From: Chitinophagales bacterium
GTDB taxonomy: Bacteria > Bacteroidota > Bacteroidia > Chitinophagales > LD1
Direction of reading: 5' to 3'
Assembly (NCBI GenBank): GCA_044226285.1
Contig: JBGAHI010000009.1
Span: 965 to 64,964 of the forward strand
Length of the DNA: 64,000 nucleotides
The position numbers and the translations under genes were made by a program. Positions within the stretch are counted from its first letter, which is position 1, and every line of letters starts with the position of its first letter. Below, piece after piece: positions 8,937 to 17,871 of this stretch. The notes beneath the pieces were generated by a model. The model had not been told where the DNA came from. It saw only the letters and a list, made by a program, of their open reading frames with translations, and ran no database searches.

Positions 8937-10616
8937 TTAACTCAGTCCGCTGATTTTTCCATTGTTATCGATATTCATATGTTCAGAGGCGGGAACAGCA
9001 GGTAATCCGGGCATACGCATAATTTCTCCTAGAATTGGAATAATAAAACCGGCCCCTGCCGCAAATTCAAATTCGCGAACATGGACGGTAAAGTTTTCCG
9101 GTCGACCTTTCAGTTCCATGTTGTCAGAGAGTGATTTTTCCGTCTTTGCCATACACACCGGAAGTTTGTCGTAGCCCAAGGTTTTAATGGTTTTCAGTTG
9201 TGTATGCGCTTTCGATGAAAACTCAACGGCTGTTGCACCATAAATCGAAGTTGCAATTTTGATGATTTTATCTTCAATGGAAAGCGACCAGTCGTACAAA
9301 GGTTTAAATTGATTTGCACCACTTTCTATGCTGTCGCAAACCGCTTGTGCAAGCTCAGTAGTTCCAACTCCACCCAATTCAAAACCTTTAGCTACTATAG
9401 CTTTTACACCATGTGATGAACATTGTTGTTGCACGAATTCGATTTCTTCAGCTGTATCAGATGGGAAGTGATTTATGGCTACTACAGGTGTAATTCCAAA
9501 ATGTTTACAGTTCTCAATATGTTTTTCGAGGTTCAAAAAACCTTTAGCTACATGCTCTAATGAAGGTGTGTTGTATTCTTCTTTTTTCGCACCACCATGA
9601 TGTCGGAGTGCGCGAATGGTTGCCACTAAAACAATGGCATGAGGTTGTAATTGCCCGTAACCACATTTGATGTTCATGAATTTTTCTGCCCCAAGATCCG
9701 CCCCAAATCCGGCTTCTGTTACTACATAGTCGGCTAACGATAAGCCGGTTTTGGTTGCAATGATGGTGTTTGTTCCTTGTGCAATATTGGCGAACGGTCC
9801 TCCATGCAATAATGCAGGATTGCCTTCCAATGTTTGAACTAGGTTTGGTTTGATGGCATCTTTCAACAAGAGAGCCATTGCACCTTCTGCTTTTAGATCG
9901 CGCGCATATACAGCTTTTTTGTCAAATGTGAAACCAATGAAAATATTGCCCAGTCTGGTTTTTAAGTCATCGATGCTTGTGCTCATACATAAGATAGCCA
10001 TTACTTCCGAAGCAGGTGTAATGTTGAATCCATCTTCGCGAGGGATTCCATTGGCTGTACCTCCAATGCCGATAATAATTTGACGAAGCGCTCGGTCGTT
10101 CATGTCCATCACTCTTTTCCACTTGATGGTTCTTGGATCGATGTTCAGAGAGTGTTCTTTGTTTTGAAGATTGTTATCGATGAGAGCTGCCAATAAGTTG
10201 TTCGCCTTTTCAATAGCCGAGAAATCACCCGTAAAGTGCAGATTGATATCCTCCATGGGAATCACCTGCGAATAGCCACCACCGGCTGCTCCACCTTTCA
10301 TTCCAAATACCGGACCTAGTGATGGTTCACGCAAAACAGCAATGGCTTTTTTCCCTATTTTATTTAATCCGTCTGTAAGTCCTACCGAAACAGTTGTTTT
10401 GCCTTCTCCTGCAGGAGTAGGATTAATTGCTGTAACTAAAATGAGTTTTGCTTTTTTAATTTTTTCTTCATCAATGAAATGAAGGGGAAGTTTTGCCTTG
10501 TGTTTACCATAGTATTGCAAATCGTCTTCTGCAATACCAATTTTTGCGGCAATGGTTTTAATGTGTTTGATATCAGCAGCTTGGGCGATTTCAAGATCGG
10601 TTGGGAAATTTGACAT
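8937..10616 (-). CDS. fhs: Formate--tetrahydrofolate ligase
   Basis: TAINPTPAGEGKTT, REPSLGP, KGGAAGGGYSQV, HGGPFANIAQG, TEAGFGADLGAEKF. Confidence 0.97.
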   Translation of the reverse strand: MSNFPTDLEIAQAADIKHIKTIAAKIGIAEDDLQYYGKHKAKLPLHFIDEEKIKKAKLILVTAINPTPAGEGKTTVSVGLTDGLNKIGKKAIAVLREPSLGPVFGMKGGAAGGGYSQVIPMEDINLHFTGDFSAIEKANNLLAALIDNNLQNKEHSLNIDPRTIKWKRVMDMNDRALRQIIIGIGGTANGIPREDGFNITPASEVMAILCMSTSIDDLKTRLGNIFIGFTFDKKAVYARDLKAEGAMALLLKDAIKPNLVQTLEGNPALLHGGPFANIAQGTNTIIATKTGLSLADYVVTEAGFGADLGAEKFMNIKCGYGQLQPHAIVLVATIRALRHHGGAKKEEYNTPSLEHVAKGFLNLEKHIENCKHFGITPVVAINHFPSDTAEEIEFVQQQCSSHGVKAIVAKGFELGGVGTTELAQAVCDSIESGANQFKPLYDWSLSIEDKIIKIATSIYGATAVEFSSKAHTQLKTIKTLGYDKLPVCMAKTEKSLSDNMELKGRPENFTVHVREFEFAAGAGFIIPILGEIMRMPGLPAVPASEHMNIDNNGKISGLS

Positions 10617-10692
10617 ACATTATTTTGAAACGCAAACATATTTAAAAATCAAAGTATAGCTGAATGCAACGATGTAATCTTTTGGTTAAATG

Positions 10693-11364
10693 TTAAAGCA
10701 ATTTAGCGAAAGCAATAATGTCTTTCCCCTCCAATACTTTCCGATTTTCAGCACTGTTCACACAATTGAGCATGGCTCTACCGATTTCTGAAAGCGTGCA
10801 AAACATGGCGGGGGCTAATGCTCTGCCGATTGGGAAAAGCCAGTTAATGTATTTGTAAAAAGAAAGCGTATTTTTTAAGCCTTCAGTAGGTTTGATGAAG
10901 CCGGGTCTGAAGGCAAAGACTTTACTAAATGGCAGTTTCATTAAATCGTTTTCTGTTTTCCCTTTCACTCTACTCCAATTGGAACCACCTTTTTCGCTTG
11001 AATTGGTTCCTGCACCTGAAACATAGCAGAAGCACATATCGTTATTTAATTTGCTGAGTGTAGATGCGAAATTAAGGGTAAGTGTGTAAGTCATTTTGAA
11101 GTATGTTTCTTCATCTACACCTACTGATGTTGTACCTAAACAAAAGAAGCAAGCATTGTATCCCTGCAATTGTTGTTCGATAGCACTTAAGTCAAAAAAA
11201 TCGGCATGAATAATTTCTTTCAACTTTGGATGGCTTATACCACAAGCTTTTCGGTTGATAACGAGCACCGATTCTACATTCGAATCTAAGAGTGCTTCAT
11301 GCAACACACCTTCGCCAACCATGCCGGTTGCACCTGTGATAATAGCCTTTATTTTTTTTGACAT
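10693..11364 (-). CDS. NAD(P)-binding atypical SDR / epimerase-like oxidoreductase
   Basis: Rossmann motif ITGATGMVG, CFFCLGTT, YVSGAG, RVKGKTENDL, FRPGFI. Confidence 0.85.
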   Translation of the reverse strand: MSKKIKAIITGATGMVGEGVLHEALLDSNVESVLVINRKACGISHPKLKEIIHADFFDLSAIEQQLQGYNACFFCLGTTSVGVDEETYFKMTYTLTLNFASTLSKLNNDMCFCYVSGAGTNSSEKGGSNWSRVKGKTENDLMKLPFSKVFAFRPGFIKPTEGLKNTLSFYKYINWLFPIGRALAPAMFCTLSEIGRAMLNCVNSAENRKVLEGKDIIAFAKLL

Positions 11365-11375
11365 AAGATGTATAA

Positions 11376-12008
11376 TTATTTTTTTATTTCATGTTGCTTC
11401 GACCAACGAGTAATAAGCGGAGCAATTAAAAACGTTGGTATAAGCCAAGCAATAATATTGGGTATAACAGTATTGTTTACAACTAAGAATGCAGTAGTAG
11501 AAGCAATGTAGCTTCCCATCATACGTTGAATATGGCCGGTTAACCAATAATTTTTTATATCCGATTTCCCTTTGAAATTTTCGTAATCTTTTTTGGCAAA
11601 CAGTAAACAAATAGTACCGAATACTAGTAGTACAATTCCAAAATAATCTTGCTGAACTATATGATATATCCCAAAACCAATAAAGGCAAATCCAAAAACT
11701 AAAATACTTCCTGTTAGAATCAAGTCGATGTAATTAACATCTTGTATTTTCTTTTTGCTTAAATATCTATAACCGGTTAAAAGCATATATATAGTGAAAA
11801 TGGCAACGATGAATAAAAAATAGTTTGGGTGTAAATAAGACATAGGGATGGCTACAATTGATGCTATCAGCATGGCATAAAAATAAATGTTGCCCAGCCA
11901 TTTATGTCGTTTATCTCCCTTTTTGAGGGAAAGCACAATAATGCCTAACAGTAAACTTGTAGTGCCTCCTGCGATATGGATGAGCTGTAGTGATTTGAAA
12001 AGTGTCAT
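11376..12008 (-). CDS. DUF2306-like polytopic membrane protein
   Basis: HIAGG...KKGDKRHKWLGNIY, WLTGHIQRMMGSYIA; about six TM segments; start taken as MTLFKS at 12008 because the longer ORF overlaps the cyclase. Confidence 0.75.
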   Translation of the reverse strand: MTLFKSLQLIHIAGGTTSLLLGIIVLSLKKGDKRHKWLGNIYFYAMLIASIVAIPMSYLHPNYFLFIVAIFTIYMLLTGYRYLSKKKIQDVNYIDLILTGSILVFGFAFIGFGIYHIVQQDYFGIVLLVFGTICLLFAKKDYENFKGKSDIKNYWLTGHIQRMMGSYIASTTAFLVVNNTVIPNIIAWLIPTFLIAPLITRWSKQHEIKK

Positions 12009-12099
12009 GTAAATAGTTGTGGTAATAAATGCTTTCTGTAAAATAGATAAAATGCTGTAAAAATCGATTTTATATCGATAGAAATTCCCATCTTTCGGA

Positions 12100-14256
12100 A
12101 TGAATTCTTTTTGGAAAGATTGGACACTGTTAACGCACAAAGGCCGACAGATATGGCGATTTACAAAACAGGATACGGTTACCAATGCGTATCTTCAAGA
12201 TGCAGTAAAGGCGTTTGATTTTAATAAACATATAAATCCCAATGCAGCCGATTTGGTTTATCGGAATGCAAAATTGGAAGGCCAAGATATTGGAGAACGA
12301 AATTCTGATTCCGTTGAAGATGCTTTACAACAAGCCATACATTTTTATTCGGCTATACAAACGGAAGATGGCCATTGGACAGGCGATTATGGCGGGCCAT
12401 TATTTTTGTTGCCAGGTTTAGTAGTGGCATCTGTTGTTACGAATACTTCACTACCCGCTGTTCATCAACGATTGATAGCACAGTATATTTTCAATCAGCA
12501 AAATAAAGATGGCGGTTGGGGCTTACACATCGAGGATAAATCAACTGTATTCGGAACAGTAATGAATTATGTTGCTTTGCGTTTTTTAGGTTTTGATCTT
12601 TCTGATGAGCGTATGCTATTGGCGCAAACCTGGATTCAGCAAACAGGTGGAGCTACAGGCATTCCATCGTGGGGGAAATTTTATTTGTCGTTGTTGAACG
12701 TGTATGCATGGGAAGGGAATAACACATTACTGCCTGAGTTGTGGCTACTTCCCAAGGGATTACCTATTCATCCATGGCGTTATTGGTGCCATACACGAAT
12801 GGTATATTTGCCTATGAGTTATTGCTATGCCCATCGCATTCAAATTGCCGAATCGGAATTGGTTCATGCTATTCGGAAAGAAATTTATACTACGCCATAT
12901 AATCAAATAAATTGGACAAAGGCTAAAGATGAAGTCAATGCTCTTGATGTCTATCACAAAGCATCGTCAATCCTAAATGTGTTTAATGCTTTCGCGAATT
13001 TCTATGAACGTTCTCCAATTCAACGATGGCGTAAAAAAGCGCTCGATTTTGTAAGTACATACATTGATGCAGAGGATGAGCAAACGAACTACATCAATAT
13101 TGGTCCGGTCAATCAAGTAGTTAATTCTATTGCTGTGTGGCATAAGTATGGCAAAGAGAGCGAACAATTTCAAAAACATGTTGAGCGCTGGTACGATTAT
13201 TTGTGGCTAGCTGAAGATGGCCTAAAAATGAATGGTTACAATGGATCACAGCTTTGGGATACCGCATTTGCAGTGCAAGCGTTTTGTGAATCAGATATGG
13301 CGAATTCATTTCAATCTTCAATAGAAAGGGCATATGATTTTATCGATTACTCCCAAATCAAAACTGAGGTTCGTGATTTCAATACTTACTTCCGACATGC
13401 ATCAGTAGGAGGGTGGCCATTCTCTACACGCGATCACAGTTGGCCAATCACTGATTGCACCGCAGAAGGCTTGTTGGCTTCAATGGCTGTCCACTCCACC
13501 TTCCCGGAGCTTCAACAAAAGGTGAGTTATGAACGTATGTGCCAGGCGGTTGATTTGATTCTATCTTTTCAGAATGAAGACAATGGTTGGGCTTCCTATG
13601 AATTATCACGCGGACCGAAATGGTTGGAAGTCCTTAATCCTGCAGCTGTTTTTGCTGATATAATGATTGATTATTCGTATGTGGAATGCAGTTCTTCATG
13701 TATTCAAGCCTTACATGTTTTTCATCAACACTATCCGCAATACAAAACGAACCAAGTGAAAAATGCTATTGAAACCGGATTGCGATTTTTATTATCGAAA
13801 CAGCGAGAAGACGGCTCTTGGATTGGCTCTTGGGCTGTTTGTTTCACTTACGGCACATGGTTTGCGTTGGAAAGTTTAACGAAACAGGGGTATACCTATG
13901 CTAATTCAAAATCGGTGAAAGCAGCATGCGATTTTCTTGTTGCAAAAGTAAAAGAAGATGGCGGATGGGGCGAATCCTTTGAATCTTGTGTTCGTAAAGA
14001 ATATATTCAGCATGGAACTTCACAATGTGTGAATACGGCATGGGCTCTATTATCTTTAATGGCTGCCGATTATCCGAATAAGCAACTCATCGATAAAGGA
14101 ATACAGTTGTTGATTCAACGTCAAGTTCGAAATGGAGATTGGCCACAGGAAGCTATCAGCGGTGTGTTTAATTTCAATTGCATGATTACGTATACATCAT
14201 ATAGAAATGTTTTCCCCATATGGGCTTTGGCACGTTACAAACGAAAATACAATTAG
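12100..14256 (+). CDS. osc: 2,3-oxidosqualene cyclase, cycloartenol-synthase type
   Basis: DCTAE catalytic motif (not the DDTA of SHC), GRQIW N-terminus, DYGGPLFLLPG, QW repeats (QNKDGGWG, QREDGSW, EDGGWGES), WCHTRMVYLPMSY, GYNGSQLWDTAF, GVFNFNCMITY. Confidence 0.96.
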   Translation: MNSFWKDWTLLTHKGRQIWRFTKQDTVTNAYLQDAVKAFDFNKHINPNAADLVYRNAKLEGQDIGERNSDSVEDALQQAIHFYSAIQTEDGHWTGDYGGPLFLLPGLVVASVVTNTSLPAVHQRLIAQYIFNQQNKDGGWGLHIEDKSTVFGTVMNYVALRFLGFDLSDERMLLAQTWIQQTGGATGIPSWGKFYLSLLNVYAWEGNNTLLPELWLLPKGLPIHPWRYWCHTRMVYLPMSYCYAHRIQIAESELVHAIRKEIYTTPYNQINWTKAKDEVNALDVYHKASSILNVFNAFANFYERSPIQRWRKKALDFVSTYIDAEDEQTNYINIGPVNQVVNSIAVWHKYGKESEQFQKHVERWYDYLWLAEDGLKMNGYNGSQLWDTAFAVQAFCESDMANSFQSSIERAYDFIDYSQIKTEVRDFNTYFRHASVGGWPFSTRDHSWPITDCTAEGLLASMAVHSTFPELQQKVSYERMCQAVDLILSFQNEDNGWASYELSRGPKWLEVLNPAAVFADIMIDYSYVECSSSCIQALHVFHQHYPQYKTNQVKNAIETGLRFLLSKQREDGSWIGSWAVCFTYGTWFALESLTKQGYTYANSKSVKAACDFLVAKVKEDGGWGESFESCVRKEYIQHGTSQCVNTAWALLSLMAADYPNKQLIDKGIQLLIQRQVRNGDWPQEAISGVFNFNCMITYTSYRNVFPIWALARYKRKYN

Positions 14257-15455
14257 TCTTCTTTCGTTTTGTTTTCTTTACGCCATTCGGTAGGCGTTAG
14301 TCCTGTTGCGTTTTTAAAGAACGTGTTGAAGGTTGATTTCGAGTTAAAGCCACATTCGTAAGCAATCGCAACAAGCGTTAAATGTTCGTATTGCGGATCA
14401 ATCATTCGCTTCTTTGTTTCTTCAATTCTAAATTCGTTTACGTACTCAAAAAAGTTTTTGCCTAAATGATTATTGAGTAATAATGTAATCTGATGTTTCG
14501 GAATATTTAAGTTCTGGGATAAATCCATGAGTGTCAATTCCGGATTCAGAAAGGGTTTCTGCTCGGCCATATACTGATTGATTTTCTCAATCTGTTTCTG
14601 TTTTTCAGGTGTTAAGTCGGGTTGTTTTTCTTGGTTTACTTCTGTAGGAAGATTTTGCTCAATCGGTTTTTCTGTAACAACAGCAGCGGGTTTGGTGAAT
14701 TGCTGATTTACAGTATCACTAATCATTCTGCGATAGGGTTCCTCGTCTTCATTGAATTCCGATTCGTGTTTGAACAGGTTGGGTTGCTTGATAGAAAAGT
14801 AACTCACCGAATAGGTGAGAATCATTAAACCTATGCTCGGTATCACTTCCAAATCCTTTGAATCGGATCCTGCAAAGGCTGAGTAGAAGCGCGTAATGAA
14901 ATAAATAATATAGGTTACAACATAAATTACGGATATATAATTCAACCAAAACAATCGATTTGATGTAGTGTCGTAAGAAAACATATTCATCTTAATCGAA
15001 TTCCGAAAGCTTTGCAACCAAAGGAATACAAGCACAGTGTAAATAATAGATGTAATTAAGAAAAAAGTAGAAATAGAAATGCTTAATGCAAAAGCTTGAA
15101 TGGAAAATTGATCTTTAAAAACGATAAAGTAAATCGACACTAATACTAGAAACGGTGCAAAATGTAACAACTCGTATGGCGAGAAACGTTTAGACGGGTC
15201 GCTTAAATATTTAGTATATAGGAACAAAAATGGTCCAAACGTCAAAGGAATTAAGCCAATGGAGAACTCTGCATCGAAAAATTGTCCGTGTACTTGTTCC
15301 GTTGCAATTAAGAAGAAACGTAACGCAATCGTCAACAACCACAAGATGAGAATGCGGTCGTACGTTTTCTTTTTTCCTTTAGTATAAAAAAGAAAAGCAG
15401 AGAACAGCGCTTGCGACAGTCCAATGTAGCTGAATATGGTAATGTTATTAATCAC
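14253..15455 (-). CDS. Membrane-anchored AraC-family transcriptional regulator
   Basis: About 6-7 hydrophobic N-terminal segments; C-terminal AraC HTH FLNPELTL...NFFEYVNEFRI...IAYECGFNSKSTFNTFFK. Confidence 0.92.
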   Translation of the reverse strand: MINNITIFSYIGLSQALFSAFLFYTKGKKKTYDRILILWLLTIALRFFLIATEQVHGQFFDAEFSIGLIPLTFGPFLFLYTKYLSDPSKRFSPYELLHFAPFLVLVSIYFIVFKDQFSIQAFALSISISTFFLITSIIYTVLVFLWLQSFRNSIKMNMFSYDTTSNRLFWLNYISVIYVVTYIIYFITRFYSAFAGSDSKDLEVIPSIGLMILTYSVSYFSIKQPNLFKHESEFNEDEEPYRRMISDTVNQQFTKPAAVVTEKPIEQNLPTEVNQEKQPDLTPEKQKQIEKINQYMAEQKPFLNPELTLMDLSQNLNIPKHQITLLLNNHLGKNFFEYVNEFRIEETKKRMIDPQYEHLTLVAIAYECGFNSKSTFNTFFKNATGLTPTEWRKENKTKED

Positions 15456-15884
15456 CTATTTATATCTTGTCCATTTTCGTGTTTTGCCTAAAAAGCGGAA
15501 CCACCACCAATAGCCTTTGATGTAGAGTACATCGTTTTCGATATACATTATGGCATTATAATCGCTACCTCCATCAAAATAATAGTAATTTCCATCGTTC
15601 CATGAAGTGCCGTTACGCTTACCTTTTAAGCCGGTTAATACATCTATGCCTATTATCTTTCTACTGCGTAGTTTTGGATTTTCGTTGTAGATATCTCTTC
15701 TGATTTCTCCATTTTCATCTAAAGAATCTTTCACCCAAACCAGTTTCCCAAAAATCAGATTGTTCTTCTCGTAAAATTGGATGCGCATATCTTGGGTTTC
15801 GTTTGTCCATAATCCTTCTGTAATTGACGTTTGTGCAAAACAGTCAATAGATAAGAACAATAAAACAATCCAAAAGTATTTCAT
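15456..15884 (-). CDS. DUF2147 domain secreted protein
   Basis: Signal peptide; ITEGLW...GKLVW...DIYNENPKLRSRKIIG...LYIKGY...GKTRKWTR. Confidence 0.8.
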   Translation of the reverse strand: MKYFWIVLLFLSIDCFAQTSITEGLWTNETQDMRIQFYEKNNLIFGKLVWVKDSLDENGEIRRDIYNENPKLRSRKIIGIDVLTGLKGKRNGTSWNDGNYYYFDGGSDYNAIMYIENDVLYIKGYWWWFRFLGKTRKWTRYK

Positions 15885-15894
15885 GTTTGTTAAA

Positions 15895-16860
15895 TTACTT
15901 TTCTCTATTGCGAAGCAAATGGGCTAGTTCAAACAATGGTTTTTTGTTTTCTTCCTTAGCGGTGATGGCCGTTAAATTCTTGATGGCTTTTTTATAATAG
16001 GCATCAATCAAATCTTCCGTGTATTGCTTTGCCCCAGTTTGATCCATCAATACCAACATCTCTTTTACTTTCTTACGTTTGTCTTTTTCTGTAAGCAATG
16101 CAGCAATTTTTTTGCGTTGCGTTGGATTGGCTAATTCAATGGCTTTCAACAAAAGAATGGTTTTCTTATTGAGTATAATATCACCACCTGCCCGCTTTCC
16201 CACTTTCTTTGGATCTCCATATGCATCTAAAAAGTCATCGTGAATTTGAAACGATAAGCCTAAGTTCAATCCAAATTCATAAATATTCTTTTGCGATTTC
16301 TTATCGGCATCTGCAATCCATGCTCCCATTTGCAACGCACCGGCCAATAACACAGACGTTTTGCCTTTAATCATTTCCAAGTATTCCGTTTCTGAAACAT
16401 TATCTCTGGTTTCGAATTCCATATCTTTCGATTGGCCTTCAATTACTTTCACTACCGTATCATTGAAAATTGCATACAACTCTTGAATGTTGTCTTTCTT
16501 GATTTTACCCAAATAGCCGTACGATTGAGTAAACATCATATCTCCGGTGTTGATGGCTACATTGTTACCGTAAATCTTATGCACGGTTGGATTCCCTCTT
16601 CGTGTAGTGGCCTTATCCATAATGTCGTCATGCACCAAAGTAGAATTGTGATATACTTCAACCGCCAACGCAGCCGGTAATGCAGTTTTCAAATTGCCAT
16701 TAAACAAATCGCAACCCATTAAGGTGAGTGCCGGACGAATACGCTTACTGCTCATCGCCATAATGTATTGCATGGCACGATAAACATCATAACGTTCATC
16801 AAACGATTGTTCTGCATAATATTTTTCAAACATAGCGACTAACTCGGTGTACGATTTCAT
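15895..16860 (-). CDS. Polyprenyl diphosphate synthase (FPP/GGPP synthase family)
   Basis: KRIRP, FARM HDDIMD..TRRG, GQSKD, GKTS, SARM FQIHDDFLD, GKRAGGDI. Confidence 0.93.
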   Translation of the reverse strand: MKSYTELVAMFEKYYAEQSFDERYDVYRAMQYIMAMSSKRIRPALTLMGCDLFNGNLKTALPAALAVEVYHNSTLVHDDIMDKATTRRGNPTVHKIYGNNVAINTGDMMFTQSYGYLGKIKKDNIQELYAIFNDTVVKVIEGQSKDMEFETRDNVSETEYLEMIKGKTSVLLAGALQMGAWIADADKKSQKNIYEFGLNLGLSFQIHDDFLDAYGDPKKVGKRAGGDIILNKKTILLLKAIELANPTQRKKIAALLTEKDKRKKVKEMLVLMDQTGAKQYTEDLIDAYYKKAIKNLTAITAKEENKKPLFELAHLLRNREK

Positions 16861-16944
16861 GCTTTTTTATTGAGGATGATTAATTCGCCTCAATTTTAGC
16901 AAAATATTGACTTGTATTTATGTTTCCCACGCTTTTCCTTTGCA

Positions 16945-17862
16945 TCAAAATAGTTTTGGCAAAAATCGTGGTGTCTTTTTGATATAATCTTTGTAGCCTT
17001 CATACTTCTCGCTCGAAATACTCTCACTAAAATCGGCACTGCCCTGAAAGAGCAGCATAAGCAATAACGCTCCGGTTACCGACCAATTCAAATATCTCCC
17101 CGTTGCCACAATGGTGAACAAGAAAAAGGTAACCCAAATACTCTGCTCCGAGGCGTAGTTCGGGTGACGAACGTGTTTCCACAAGCCCGAGTGCACAAAG
17201 CCTTTTCCGTAATACTCTCCCAATGGTTCACCGACATTCATTCTGCGGTGTTTCTCGTTTTGATAATTCCATTGTTGTTGATCGGCAATGGTTTCAATCG
17301 CTACGAAGCCTAGGTAAACGATAGCCAAAATATAATCACCAATCGTTAACTGCTGGCTATCGGCCTGAAATGCCATCACAGCAGGCAATGTGAACAGCCA
17401 AATTAATGTGTTTTGATAGAGCGAAATAAACCCCAGATTAAAGATGGTCCATGTAAAACGATTTTGCAGGAATGGCTTTTTGCGTAGAACATCCCAACGA
17501 TAGTCTTCATGGCCTTCCCAGAATTTTAACTTGTAAGCACCTCTTCTGCCAAAGTTATAGGTAAGTCGAACGCCCCAAATAGTGGCTAATACAGCCATCA
17601 ACACTAATCGCGGACTCCAATCACTTTCGTAAGCAAAGAGCCATGTATAGAGGATAGGCGTGATGCTCCACAATTTATCGACCTGACTGCAATTGTTCGT
17701 TAATTCGCTTACAACAAAGCATGTTAATGCAACACCTAACATTAATAACCCCGAATGTTGTAGCATTTGAATTTGTAATGCAGAAAGCGGCTGATCGAAT
17801 TGTATGGCTACAAAGGGAACTACAATAATCGTAACGATGAGAATGAAAATAGTTTTTAGCAT
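16945..17862 (-). CDS. DUF1295 steroid-reductase-like membrane protein
   Basis: SQVDKLWS, WGVRLTYNF, EDYRW, ETIADQQQW, GLWKHVRHPNY.SEQ. Confidence 0.88.
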   Translation of the reverse strand: MLKTIFILIVTIIVVPFVAIQFDQPLSALQIQMLQHSGLLMLGVALTCFVVSELTNNCSQVDKLWSITPILYTWLFAYESDWSPRLVLMAVLATIWGVRLTYNFGRRGAYKLKFWEGHEDYRWDVLRKKPFLQNRFTWTIFNLGFISLYQNTLIWLFTLPAVMAFQADSQQLTIGDYILAIVYLGFVAIETIADQQQWNYQNEKHRRMNVGEPLGEYYGKGFVHSGLWKHVRHPNYASEQSIWVTFFLFTIVATGRYLNWSVTGALLLMLLFQGSADFSESISSEKYEGYKDYIKKTPRFLPKLF

Positions 17863-17871
17863 ATCTAAATT

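Noticed and set aside
12100-14256. Squalene-hopene cyclase / hopanoid cluster
   Set aside because: Catalytic motif is DCTAE rather than DxDDTA, a squalene epoxidase is adjacent and no hpn genes are present
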